DNA of 64,000 bases from Candidatus Bathyarchaeota archaeon (lineage in GTDB: Archaea; Thermoproteota; Bathyarchaeia; Bathyarchaeales; Bathycorpusculaceae). Below the pieces are notes generated by a model. That model worked only from the letters and a program-made list of their open reading frames with translations. It did not search any database and was not told where the DNA came from. How positions within the stretch are numbered: position 1 is the stretch's first letter; each line of letters begins with the position of its first letter. Positions 39,477-50,662 of the stretch are shown here, in pieces. A program made the position numbers and the translations under genes. The stretch is from NCBI GenBank assembly GCA_963832745.1, contig CAWHVC010000001.1, positions 640,001 through 704,000 on the forward strand, in the 5' to 3' direction.

Positions 39477-40830
39477 TCATTTGAGAGGTTGGGGGACAGA
39501 CTGGGGCTCTACCAAAGCTGCTCCTAATCCTAACTGTTCTATTGGAATGATTATGTCTGAAGATGTTTCAGTGATGGGTTGGTTTTCTTTGTTTTTAGAC
39601 TCAGCTTTTACTTCATCGTATGTTTTGCGCAGGGTTATAATTTGGGGTTTACTTCCTGCGATTGTTATCATTTCGCAGTCTCTTGCGGTCGTCAGGATAT
39701 CGGTCAACTGTTTTGATGTCAAATGCATTCTTGTGATTAGCACTTGACGTTCTATTTGTTTCTCTGAACATCCATCTAATATTCTGCTGAGCTTTGCTAA
39801 GTTTATGCTAAGCCAGTCTGAAGTTTGCATCTTAGCATACTTAGCACTTAGCATACTAAGCAGATTATTCATGAATTCCCTTGATTTGATTGCAGATTCT
39901 TTTGATATTTCGATTGTATTCTTATCTCTAAGTTTGCTAAGTTGCAAAGTATCCGCTTCATAAAGTGCAGCTATTTTGACTAAATAGGTATCAGCTCGAC
40001 CATTGATTGCTCCAATAAATTCCTTCTCTTCTTCTGCACTATCTCTAAACGCTTTATGATGTTTGATTATTTCTTGATTGATTATTTCTTCAGCGTCTTT
40101 GCTTAGGTTAAATCTGAATGTGTTACTTCCACTTCTTGGATGAAAAATGTCCCAGATACCTTCAGATTGTTCTTTGCCAATTCACCTTTTGCTTTAACTT
40201 CGGTTCTTTGTTGACCATTCAACAGTTGTATTTTTTCACATTCGTCCCGAAGATTATTATAAATCTTGCAAGGAACCCAGAAGAAACTGGTCTTGCTTAA
40301 CATACTTAGCAAAGTTAACTTTCGTTGTTGCCCACAGCATGTTAAAGCAAGGTTCTGTTACCGTGAATTTTCCGCTTCTAAGGTCTTTAGTTCTGCCTTG
40401 ACCATTGTATAGTGCCATAACGGTGTCATCGATTCCACTGAGGTAGCTTCTTGGATTATCAATTTGTTTCAGTACTGGCGCGCATTCATCCCAAATATTG
40501 AGACCATTACTATTTTGTGACAACTCCGCAAAGAAGGCTTCTTTAGTAAATTCGTCTGCATACACGTTAGCTTCTTCCGGAAGCATTGCTCTTGCTTCAT
40601 CGAGTAATGTGCTTTTTCGGCTGTATGTACTATAACTCTACAAGCATAGTCCACAAATTTGGTAACAGATTAGCGAAGTTGGTGTCAATAAATACTCTAC
40701 CAACAGCTAAGCTTACAAGATTGAGAGCAACTGCTTCTTGAAAGAGCGCATAGACATCACTTTTAGTAGTGATATAGTCTTTGAACGCGTCAATAAAACT
40801 GTGACTTGGATTTTCAGTTGTTGTCGTCAA
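39477..40830 (-). CDS. DUF3987/YfjI-like P-loop helicase (element replication protein); several frameshifts
   Basis: Collinear fragments: LPNLWTMLV..SRKST (Walker A-like), IWDE, MALYNG..RTKDLRSG..VTEPCFNMLWATT, C-terminal wHTH-like region. Confidence 0.65.
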
Positions 40831-41011
40831 AGTTCTTCACTTCTCTCTTCACAGTTAATTTAACGCCGTTAGGCGCTCTTTGAACAAAGATCATTTTACA
40901 ATTCTCGTTAAGGAACTGCTCGATTTTGTGCCATGATTTTTTTGCTTCAACATTTAGCACAATTGCAACATTGAAGATTTGATTAGTTTCATTCTTCATT
41001 TGTTTATCCAC
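40814..41011 (-). CDS. Small hypothetical protein coupled to the helicase gene
   Basis: 65 aa, RBS-like AGGTGG upstream, overlaps the next start. Confidence 0.5.
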   Translation of the reverse strand: MDKQMKNETNQIFNVAIVLNVEAKKSWHKIEQFLNENCKMIFVQRAPNGVKLTVKREVKNFDDNN

Positions 41012-41292
41012 CTGTTCTCTTAAGAAAGAGGGTTTGAGTGCTCGGTTAGGAGCGCTCTACCAAAACAGTGTTTAATTCAAACAGTTTCATTAGACCCCAT
41101 TCTTATTCTCAGACCTTCCATTCTTCGTAACTTTTTTCATATCCCGATAATATTACTACCCCACCGCTTTTTTTCAAGTAGTATAGGCACTACATTTTTT
41201 GATTTCTGTTCTTATCAGATATACACTTACTTTATCGTTTTTTATTTCCGAATTTTTTTGACTTTTTTTCATTTTTTCCTTCCGAGGAGGAA

Positions 41293-41913
41293 TCATTTGA
41301 TGACTTCTTCCTCAAGGATATTAGTGACATTTGATGGAGAAGTGTCACTTTTTGAAAACGGCATACTACCCAACCTACTCATTGAGGCTTTTTTTAGTGC
41401 TTTTTTGCTAATAAGAAGAGTAAGCAATTCTGGTTCTTCAATTTCATTGAGTGCTTTTGAAATTATCTTGTATTCTTTTAAATTGAAAGCGGGAGCGCCA
41501 ATGAGTTTATAGAGATTTGAGCGTGAATAGCCATTCAAACCACTTGCCTTAAGGAAGTTAGCGAGTTTTGTTCTGTTAAATCCAAAATATCTATCAAGCT
41601 CTAGAAGCAAATTTTGCCTAAGATTTATTTTGTCAAACCTATTCAGTATTTCAATTTCATGACTGGACAGCTTTCTCTCTTCAAAAGAGCATAATCTATG
41701 GCTTTCAGTTTTTACGATTTTATATTTCTCAAATTTTATCGCTCTATGTTTTAGGTTTATTCTTTTGTCTAACATTTTTTCAAATCTTGTTTTGGTATAT
41801 CCGTACCAAAACGAGCCGGGAGCGGTTTCTGCGCAGTCAAACCTAATGTAGTCTGACTGCCTAAAACATAGAGAAACCTCGAACGTACAAGCTAATGTCA
41901 TACGCCCCGGCAA
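41293..41913 (-). CDS. Basic hypothetical protein, possible HTH; 5' end uncertain
   Basis: 206-aa ORF; NRTKLANFL...YSRSNLYKLI resembles a helix-turn-helix. Confidence 0.4.
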   Translation of the reverse strand: MPGRMTLACTFEVSLCFRQSDYIRFDCAETAPGSFWYGYTKTRFEKMLDKRINLKHRAIKFEKYKIVKTESHRLCSFEERKLSSHEIEILNRFDKINLRQNLLLELDRYFGFNRTKLANFLKASGLNGYSRSNLYKLIGAPAFNLKEYKIISKALNEIEEPELLTLLISKKALKKASMSRLGSMPFSKSDTSPSNVTNILEEEVIK

Positions 41914-42207
41914 ACGTTGTTACCTGACACTACTATATCAAAGGCAATTTTGTTATTGCACGCAGTATTTCGTTCCATGTCTCGCTTGTGAGAACGGAGT
42001 AAGTTCTTGCCTCAGCGTTTGCTATAAAAGTTTTGCTTTCCCGAAAATATGGACTTTTCATGAGTAAATTAAATCAAAAAAAGATTGAGCAGTTTCTTCG
42101 GTAATTTATTTCTGCTTTGCGTCAACATGGTGATACTTTGTAGAAAAAGATAATCTAAAAGATGAAAACGATAAATTTAAACGTGAAAATGTCGAAATAA
42201 AACAAGC

Positions 42208-43077
42208 ATGTGCCCAAAGGAAATCTACACAAAAGATTTCATACTTACTAAAATAAGAGAGTTTTCGATTGAGAACGGGCGTCCGCCGCGTTATAATGAG
42301 TCCGGTTTTGAAAACATAACTTATGCTGCCAAAACTAAGTTCGGTTCTTGGACTTACGCTTTACAGATTGCTGGATTACAAACTTACAGGTCGTGGCATA
42401 AGAAAGACACGCGTGGTGGACGGCTTTGTACGCTACTCAATAATAATCCAATGACTCTAAAAGAAATTCGTGCTGAATTTAAAAAAGATGGTCTTTTTAA
42501 GCTCTCTTCAAATTCTGAAACATCGCTAAGCTTGCTTCAGGTAATTAAAAATACAAAACAAATAACATCGATTGGTCCCCGCCGAAGTACGGTCTATTTT
42601 TTGATTGGTCAAGAAGAAGCAGCTAAGAAGCATCTAAATCAACCAACATCTTCAGACAATAAACAAGACGTTATATTCTCGGCATTGGCTACTAAACCAA
42701 TGACTAAACCCGAAATAGTTAACTTATTTCCTTCAAGTTACCACAGTACCGAAAGATTGCTGAAAGAACTATTTTATGCACGACTTGTTGGAAGAATTCA
42801 TTTTATCGCTGGGTCGCACAAATATCGTGTTGATGACTTGTTCGGTTCGCTTGCTTGCAAGACCTACTATTTTAGATTTGATTACCCTGAGCCTTTAGCA
42901 ACCCTCATAGTGGAGAATATTCCATGGGAAAAAGCAGAAAAGAATCAATATGCAGTGATTTATTACTTGAAAAAAATTCTGCCAAGCGACTGCTTTGAAA
43001 TATTTGAACGGAAAAGGGCTCGGAGGAAAAGTATCGCAGCTACTTCTGGGTCTATTGATGATTTCCTTCCATCGTAA
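42208..43077 (+). CDS. Protein with a homing-endonuclease-associated repeat and winged-helix-like repeats
   Basis: YTKDFILTKIREFSIENGRPP...KFGSWTYALQIAGL, then two PMT-x-x-EI helical units. Confidence 0.65.
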   Translation: MCPKEIYTKDFILTKIREFSIENGRPPRYNESGFENITYAAKTKFGSWTYALQIAGLQTYRSWHKKDTRGGRLCTLLNNNPMTLKEIRAEFKKDGLFKLSSNSETSLSLLQVIKNTKQITSIGPRRSTVYFLIGQEEAAKKHLNQPTSSDNKQDVIFSALATKPMTKPEIVNLFPSSYHSTERLLKELFYARLVGRIHFIAGSHKYRVDDLFGSLACKTYYFRFDYPEPLATLIVENIPWEKAEKNQYAVIYYLKKILPSDCFEIFERKRARRKSIAATSGSIDDFLPS

Positions 43078-44532
43078 TATCTTGAAGCATCATACTTTGA
43101 TATTGATTGACAAACTCTGTTAATGAATCACCTGAAATAGTTCTGGCTATTTCAAATATTATTACGCGTCTGAAATGATGCGGAAGAGACCCTTCTCTTC
43201 TTGAGAACGCATATTGAGGGTGGTCAGTGTTGATAGAGAATGCAGCTTTTCCGCTATCGAGAACGCATTCATAACCTTCTTTACCTAAAGGTTCAAGCTC
43301 AAATTTGTATCTACTATTGCCATTCTTAATTAACCTTGGAGGCTGTTCTTTTTTCTTTTCGTTGTGTTTTATCAGGATTTTCTTCACGTTCTTTCTTTTC
43401 TTTCTGCGTTCTTCAATTTCTTTAATTGCACTCATTACTTCTTTTGCATCCGTTTCGTTTCGTGGCACGAACCAAGAAAATCCTCCCGTAATTCAGCTCC
43501 TTTCAACATATTATCTATCTGATGTCTAATAACATCATCCAAAATTCTTTTCTCCGAAACTTAACTCCTCATGGGATTGGGAAGTTTGGATTTCTTTTGT
43601 AATTTCACGGATTTTGCGTAGAATCGCTTCCTTAAATTCAATAAACTTGGGTGCTTCCTCAGAAAAACCATTCCGGGTAGCAAGAACTATGTCATCTAAT
43701 CCATCTGCGTAAAGAACACAGTATTAGCCTTGCAAGAAAGCTACCGGGACTTGTTAAGACCCTTGCTAAATCAAATATATTAGGGTCATCTGCATTAACA
43801 GTTCGCCCATGAACCTTCACATAAACACCAGCAAACTCTCCTAAAGGGCTTATCAGAATGAATTATTTTTCCTTTGATTTTTTCCAGTCAAATGCAAGTC
43901 TAAATCAATCGGAAGATTCTCTTCCACTTACTAAATCTTCTGGCCTGAGCTCTTCGTTGTTCACTGTTACTTTAAACTCGGGACTCAGCGGCATGTTTCT
44001 TGCAATTCGTCTTATTGCTTTTTATTCATGAAGGTCTTTTTTAATCCAAAAAGCATTATAGTTGTTCCATTAGGTAAGTCAGTCGATGATTCAGCTACAT
44101 TTATTCTTTTTATCACCAATAGACTTATGTGAAAATATTTTTTCAAAATCCAACATTAGAATTCTCTGAATGCCCTTTTTTCTTGTGATAATTTTGCATC
44201 TGTTACACATTACATGCATCGACAGTTTTCCGATTCCAAATTTTCCGATGGTGTATTCTTCTGAGGTTGCTTGTTTTTTTGTCTTCTCGTTTCTCGCTAT
44301 AGCCCAGCCATAGATAGTTTTCTAAGTCCTTTCTATCCATGCCGACTCCATCATCTCTAATCGTCAAACGTGCTTGAGAAAAATCAATGTCCACTTTAGT
44401 GGCATCCGCATCATAAGAATTTGATACCAATTCGTCGAGGACATAATATGCATTTTCATACAGACTTGAACTCAATGTCTGGATTAATTCCGCTCTTGCT
44501 TTGAAGGACGTACAATATTCTCTTATCGACAT
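43052..44532 (-). CDS. MORC/GHKL (HATPase_c_3) ATPase; multiple frameshifts
   Basis: LYEN...ELVSNSYDADAT, DDGVGM, GKFGIGKL (next frame), VKVHGR, ATRNGF, C-terminal SINTDHP. Confidence 0.75.
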
Positions 44533-44559
44533 TTAGGAATCTCTGACAGCTCGAAATCT

Positions 44560-45620
44560 AAAAACCTATGACTTCTTTACCATATGATGTCAGAGAGTAT
44601 ATGTAACATCTACGCCATTTCTTGATCCATCGATAACTCCGAGTTCACTCTAATCTCCTTATTGCTCCTGCTCTAATTGTGCTTATCATCGCTTCGGACT
44701 CATCCTCTTGATAATGGGGAAAATAGCTTTGTTTAACTGAGCAGGTGAACAACTTTTTTCATCGATTGCCCGTAAATTCCTATGTTAAGCGACCCATTCT
44801 CTATCAAGGTTATGAAAAATGTGGTCGATATAAAACGAAGCTTTCTCTCTTTGCTTAATCTTTTTGCTATAGTTTTCTTCATCCAAAACAGTGTTTGATA
44901 AAGCGGCGAATTTTAGGCCTTTTTCAGTTATTCCGATTCTTGTCGTTTATTTTCTTCATCTTCAGAGAATATTCAAGAACTTCAAAGCACTGGGTGCCCC
45001 TTCACTTCTTCTTCCAGCTCTTGTGTAATAGCCGACAAAATGGTTGATGAACCGTTTTTCTGTCTTCTGAATGCTTTTTCCTGTTGGTCAACGCAGAAGC
45101 AAGTACTTCTTCGCCATATTTCCTCCTATTTTTTTTATCATCTTCTCTTCAATGACAAGCCAATTTCTCTGGCTGAATTGACTGCTTCTGTTTGCAGCAA
45201 GCTTAACTCAATCGATTCGTTTTCTTGAAGAATGTTCGCAAGAACTCTAAGTGTTATTTTTATGGAAAATAACCTGTTATATTGCCCCCATAAAGATTCA
45301 TTTGGTATTTTGTTAGATTCGGGGGGTGACATTTGTTCTAATTGATTCAGGTGCAAATGGTTTAGCCAAAATTGAAGTTGACTGTTGAATTTTTGTAGAT
45401 TTTGTTTTTACGAAGTTAATGTCTTTCGCTTCCAAACAGTATTTGAAAAATGTTTCTTTAGAACTTTTCTTCAAGGAAAAACTGATTTTGAAAAGCTATA
45501 TTCGCAAATTGTGAGACTGATTCGAACTCTGCATTGGTTGATTAAATTATTGACTTTTTTTGCCAATTCTGGCGATATCTCGATGATTAATTTCAAACAA
45601 TTGCGATTCGCCATTAATTT
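44560..45620 (-). pseudogene. Fragmented hypothetical gene with an RHH-like N-terminus, upstream of the MORC ATPase; boundaries approximate
   Basis: Protein-like collinear fragments: IIEISPELAKKVNNL, LWGQYNRLFSIKITLRVL, RFINHFVG, IGITEKGLKFA, YSLTSYGKE. Confidence 0.45.
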
Positions 45621-45758
45621 ATGTGAATTAATATATAAAATCTTTTCGATTATTCCATTATTTTGTGTATATTATCATTAAATAAATTGAATTAATAGGG
45701 TGTTAGAAAGAAATGTTTAAAAAAAACTTTAATCGCAAATAGTGGATTGAGGTTTAAT

Positions 45759-45825
45759 ATGCCAGAAATAAAGAAAACTACCGAAATTTCTGATGTTCAC
45801 GAAAGTTCGAATCTCTCCCGGGCTA
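45759..45825 (+). CDS. int: Integrase N-terminal fragment int(N)
   Basis: GAGGT RBS, ATG 45759, MPEIKKTTEISDVHE-SSNLSRA; reads att in the same frame as int(C). Confidence 0.75.
45804..45825 (+). repeat. attR of element 1 (copy of the tRNA-Gln 3' end)
   Basis: Exact 22-bp match to 30948-30969. Confidence 0.92.
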
Positions 45826-45829
45826 TATC

Positions 45830-46900
45830 TACCCAGGCGCGAATTTGTACTATTTTCAAATTGACTCTCACGTAGCTCCTTAATCATCTGTTGTTTAAGA
45901 GCGGTTGTAATTTGCATAATCTGCGACTGCTCATACTGCTTCTGGTCGAAAATAGATGTTAGATTGTAGCTGTGCTTCTCTTGAGAGAATTTGTTCAGGA
46001 TTTAGTCCAATGAACGAGTAAATTCTTTTAGGATTTCAATCTTGTTTAGGTGTGTCTTTGGTTTTATGCTTAAGCCTGCGGAAATATAGACTCCACGAAG
46101 GATTTGATGCCTTTCATGCGTATATCATGATAAGTGCTGATTGTGTGTCCCATCATGTATTCGATGTAGTCTGTTTGAATGTCCAAAGATGCTAGCTGAG
46201 TTTGGAAGTATTTTCGTAGGCTGTGTGCGCGTAGGTCATAGCGTCGGCATCTGGGTTTTTCGGTTACTAGTCCAGCTTTTACGTAGAGGTTGTGGACGAT
46301 GGAATGAATTCTGCCGGTGGTTATGGGTCTGACGGTGTTGCTTTGTCCATCTCGAATTAGTGGTGAGTCATCGTTGATGATTTCGGGATGTTTTCTGCCT
46401 GTTGGGCTGCCGTGTCTACGCATGTCAAAGTAAGTTTTTAGGTATTCACTGCTTCTTGTCCAAGAAATGTATTATAGTCGTGGTATTTGCCTTGAGACAG
46501 GCTGGTACAAACCAACACCTGAACTAATTCTAAACGCTATAGCAAGATTGGGAGAGGTTTTGGTTTGTGCAGCAAGAATCAAGCAAAAGCTTGTGGCTGA
46601 AGATGGCAAATCAGAAAACTTTGGTTTGATGAGGAAGCGGGAATTGTTGAGGAGGCCAAGGGTTTTCTTAAGAATTATCCGCAACTCTTGCCCATATTAA
46701 TTGCTGATGGAGATAAAGTGGACGTTTGGAGCCAAGAAGCATTAAGACTGCTTGGAGATAACTATGTTCCCCTGGACAGATTTAGGCCATTTCTCGTTGT
46801 TGTACGCCGGTAACATTAACCGAGAAGTAGTCGTCCTTTAGGGCTACCAGACGACTACTACCATTATTCCAGATGCATTAGAAAGTCCTTTATGCGTTTT
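45830..46900 (-). pseudogene. int: Second tyrosine integrase, heavily fragmented; boundaries approximate
   Basis: RYDLRAHSLRKYFQTQL...IEYMMGHTISTYHD (H-x-x-R, H, Y) in ORF 46070-46423; flanking fragments YYTFLG and GLSIKPKT. Confidence 0.75.
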
Positions 46901-46992
46901 AATGTAGGTATAGCGCAGATTATAAAAAGGCAAAATTAGAGTCTATGACAAAACACGCCTCAAATAAGTGGTGAGAGAGTCTGTATGACAGG

Positions 46993-47160
46993 TTAGGATT
47001 TTTTGACCTGGATTAGTTTATCTCTTACGGCTTCTGCTACAAACTCGCCTCGGCTTCTGTATCCCAGGAGCTTCTTTTCAATTATTTTATCGACTTCGTC
47101 TGCCAATTCGACTGGGAGTTTTACGTTAACGTAGCTTTTTGGCAAGGGTATCCTCTGCAT
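46993..47160 (-). CDS. Ribbon-helix-helix (CopG/Arc-like) regulator, 55 aa, absent from the ORF track
   Basis: MQRIPLPKSYVNVKLPVELADEVDKIIEKKLLGYRSRGEFVAEAVRDKLIQVKKS. Confidence 0.75.
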   Translation of the reverse strand: MQRIPLPKSYVNVKLPVELADEVDKIIEKKLLGYRSRGEFVAEAVRDKLIQVKKS

Positions 47161-47200
47161 GGTAGTTTACCGTAAATCTTAATAGAGTAATGGATAACAT

Positions 47201-48444
47201 ATGATCCATGTATGCACCACAGATGGGAGAAGTCAAATCGAATGTAAGAGGTTTAGGGTGGAAAAAATGAAGGCAAAACAAAGCAAACGCGCGCTATTCG
47301 TATTAGCTCTGATATACTGTATTCTGGCCGCTAGCCTAATTGGCATATTTGCAGTGTATTCGTCTTTTGCGACTGAAACTGATGATAAAATAAAAGATCA
47401 GCAAGAAATTATCAACGATTTAACCCCAACTAATTCAGAGCAGGCAAATCTATTATCGGCAAACAATGAGAAAATTGAAGATTTGACAAATCAGGTTAGC
47501 TCTTTAAAATCAAATATTTCTGCCCAAGCTAACCAAAAGCACGCTTATGAATCAACAATTGCCAGCCTTCAAAACCAATTAGCTTCTGCAAACGCCCAAA
47601 TAAACCGTTTAAATTCTAAAGCGGAAGAGCTACAACAACAAGTAAACAACCTTATTCAAGGCAATCAGGAAAGCCTTCCAGCGCTTGTTTTTCATGTTTG
47701 CGAAAAAGGAGAAAAGTACGCTTGGGGACACCTGCCGGATACCAATTCAACGTATAACCAAATTCTTAGCCTGCTCCCAGACTACCAGGTACTAATGCTT
47801 CCCGAGTATCAAGGCAATGCTAATTGGACTGAAGAAATCACGTGGATCAGCAATAATTTTGGAGGTAAAGAGGGTATCCCGTTAATGCTTGATGTTTTTG
47901 GCGGCGGAGATGGCACAAGTCCAACGCCCATGCTTAGCACATCAGACATTTCAGCGGCAATGGCGGCTTCTAATGTTCAGTATTTGAGGGTTGCAGAAGT
48001 GATAAGCTGGCACCAAGAACACCCAGACCAACCCTTCCCCACTGACTACATCAAGAGCATTTTTGAGTTCTGCAGAACCAACAATCTAAAGCTGTTTTGG
48101 ACTGAATGGAGAATCGAAACCTTCCCAATGCTACAGACTTACCTTGAGGGTTATGAAGACATAGCAGTAGTGTCTTTCTCAACCAACTCGGAGACGCTGA
48201 GCCATCAGAGGGTTTTATGCAAATTAGCCAGACGTTTGAGCATTGGGGCGGATCAGTTCAAGCCTGGTACTGGGACACAAGAGGCAAGGATTTAATGGAT
48301 ATGCCTGCATCCTTACTTGGAGAGCACGCATTATTCGCAAAACACTTGGGCGCACAAATAATAGAGTTCGAACCCTACTGGTACTTCTTTAACAACGGAC
48401 AAGCCAATGACAACCTCAGACTATTGAAGGGTTTCTTGATTTGA
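47201..48444 (+). CDS. Membrane-anchored coiled-coil protein with a C-terminal globular domain; frameshift near 48200
   Basis: TM, ~90-aa Q/N/L heptads, then an acidic/aromatic domain continuing in ORF 48217-48444 (HWGGSVQAWYW...EFEPYWYFF). Start probably MKAKQ at ~47267. Confidence 0.6.
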
Positions 48445-48784
48445 GGTACATTTTTCAATTATTAAGGCGGGTTTGGAGTTTAGTAGTAGCAACAACAACT
48501 GCCAACTGAAACTGTAAAGAATGCTTGAGCAAAGATAATTAATTTGAGCAAGTAAGAGCTAAGGGTTTCATGTGACTATCGATAATATGCTGCTCCAACT
48601 TGTGTCTGACTTTAGAAATAATTTAGATAATCATAAAGAACAAATCAAGTGCTTCTGCAATAAAGGCGATACACATTTTTTCGATGGTACTAAATAGGTT
48701 GATGCGCATCGATCAACCCTGAAAAAATATTTAGAAGAACCGTTAAAAAGCAAGACAACGCTATACTGTACAACGGTAGAACAA

Positions 48785-50662
48785 ATGAGGCTTTTTGCAG
48801 GCAGCTCCCAACAGTTCGTCCAGGACACTATACAAAATCAAATCGCTGAAAAACTAAAGCTCGCATTCTTCAATTACTTCCGTTATTACCCTTCACCCAG
48901 CGAAATTAACTCTTGGCGAAACTCGCTAAGGGCAATCTCACTTGTCTTTACCCATGCCCGCTTAACAGACCAAGGAGTCATCCTCGAGTACCAGCTGCCC
49001 ATGACTTCTAAACGACTTGACATCTTAATTTGCGGAAAAGATGCCAATACCCGGGACAACGCAGTGATTATTGAGCTTAAGCAGTGGGATCGCTGTGAAG
49101 ATGCACTGGGCAAAAACGAAGTAATCACTTGGGTGGGTGGCAGAAAAGAACTGCTCCATCCTTCAGTTCAGGTGCAACAATACCAGCGCTACTTAGAAGA
49201 TACGCACACCGCATTCTATGAAGGACCAAATCCTGTAATCTTAAACGCTTGCGCCTATCTGCATAACTACAATGTTTATTCAGATGATGTTCTGTTTTCC
49301 AATAAATTTATTGACGCGCTTTCGAATTCACCTCTTTTCACCGCTGATGATGTCAACAAGTTGTCAGGGTACTTAACCACAAAGTTGGATATGGGCGCTG
49401 GCATGGATGTGCTAAAACGCATTGAAGAAAGTAAGTATCGTCCCAGCAAGAAACTCATGGATCATGTAGGCAACGTGATTAAGGGCATCCCTGAGTACAT
49501 TCTGTTAGATGAGCAACAAATTGTCTATGATAGCGTGTTCTCTTGTGCCAGAGCAGGTTATCATGATAAGCAAAAAACTGTGTTGATAATCAAGGGTGGA
49601 CCGGGAACAGGCAAATCCGTTATAGCAATCAACCTTATGGCTGATCTGCTGTTGCAAGGCTACAACACTCAGTACGCAACGGGGTCAAGAGCATTTACGG
49701 AAACGCTTAAGCGGATAGTTAAATCGCGAGGCGCTGCTCAATTCAAGTATTTTAATAGCTACACCGAAGCTCAGGATAACGAAATCGACGTGTTAATTGC
49801 CGACGAAGCCCACCGCCTTAGGCAAACCAGCTTTAACAGGTTCACACCCAAAGAAAAACGCACAAACGTTCCCCAAATTGAGGAATTGCTAAAAGCCTCA
49901 AAGGTCGCTGCATTCTTCATCGACGATGACCAAATCGTGCGGCCAGGCGAAATAGGCTCCGTCCAATACATCAAAGAATACGCCAATCGAAATAACTGCA
50001 AAGTTTTTGAGTACGAGCTTGAAGCCCAATTCCGCTGTAACGGTTCAGACGCGTTTGTCAACTGGATAAACAACACGTTAGGCATCAAACGGACAGCTAA
50101 TGTCATCTGGGACCAACATGAAGAATTCGACCTTAAAATAATGCAAAGCCCCCAAGAACTTGAAGATGCAATAAGAGAAAAAGTCCAAGCCGGCTACACA
50201 GGAAGGCTAATGGCTGGCTTCTGCTGGCCATGGTCAGACCCAGACAAAGAAGGAAACCTTCAAAACGACGTAAAAATCGGCGACTACCAACGCCCATGGA
50301 ACGCCAAACCAGAATCAAAAATACTCGCCGCTGGAATCCCAAAATCAAACCTCTGGGCATACGACCCAAACGGCATAGACCAAATAGGCTGCGTATACAC
50401 CGCCCAAGGATTCGAATTCGACTACGCAGGCATAATAATTGGCAAAGACCTCACCTACAACTTTGACAAGCAACAATGGACAGGAAACCCAGCCTACTCA
50501 GCAGATGGCGTTGTAAGACGAGCAAAAGAAAGATTCACAGACTTAGTCAAGAACACGTACAGGGTCTTATTGTCAAGAGGCATGAAAGGATGCTACATCT
50601 ACTTCATGGACAAAGACACAGAACGATTCTTCAAATCAAGAATAGAAAAGGGATTAAAATGA
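48785..50662 (+). CDS. DUF2075 (Schlafen group 3-like) nuclease-helicase
   Basis: LEYQLP..SKRLD...IIELKQW nuclease-like N-terminus, GGPGTGKS, DEAHRL, QFRC, GCVYTAQGFEFDY, NTYRVLLSRG. Confidence 0.85.
   Translation: MRLFAGSSQQFVQDTIQNQIAEKLKLAFFNYFRYYPSPSEINSWRNSLRAISLVFTHARLTDQGVILEYQLPMTSKRLDILICGKDANTRDNAVIIELKQWDRCEDALGKNEVITWVGGRKELLHPSVQVQQYQRYLEDTHTAFYEGPNPVILNACAYLHNYNVYSDDVLFSNKFIDALSNSPLFTADDVNKLSGYLTTKLDMGAGMDVLKRIEESKYRPSKKLMDHVGNVIKGIPEYILLDEQQIVYDSVFSCARAGYHDKQKTVLIIKGGPGTGKSVIAINLMADLLLQGYNTQYATGSRAFTETLKRIVKSRGAAQFKYFNSYTEAQDNEIDVLIADEAHRLRQTSFNRFTPKEKRTNVPQIEELLKASKVAAFFIDDDQIVRPGEIGSVQYIKEYANRNNCKVFEYELEAQFRCNGSDAFVNWINNTLGIKRTANVIWDQHEEFDLKIMQSPQELEDAIREKVQAGYTGRLMAGFCWPWSDPDKEGNLQNDVKIGDYQRPWNAKPESKILAAGIPKSNLWAYDPNGIDQIGCVYTAQGFEFDYAGIIIGKDLTYNFDKQQWTGNPAYSADGVVRRAKERFTDLVKNTYRVLLSRGMKGCYIYFMDKDTERFFKSRIEKGLK

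Larger units (their letters stand above)
30948..45825. mobile_element. Integrated element 1 (~14.9 kb) at tRNA-Gln
   Basis: Exact 22-bp direct repeat AGTTCGAATCTCTCCCGGGCTA at 30948-30969 and 45804-45825; integrase at the boundary; AT-rich defence and replication cargo. Confidence 0.9.

Noticed and set aside
45795-45830. Second tRNA gene
   Set aside because: Only the T-arm and 3' acceptor strand are present; it is attR.
46938-46990. Short direct repeat AGAGTCT(GT)ATGACA between int2 and the RHH gene
   Set aside because: Two imperfect 13-15 bp copies; could be RHH or arm-type sites but too weak to call.
50476-50658. N-terminal extension of the NUDIX ORF
   Set aside because: It overlaps the DUF2075 gene; ATG 50659 with a GGGA RBS gives a normal-sized protein.
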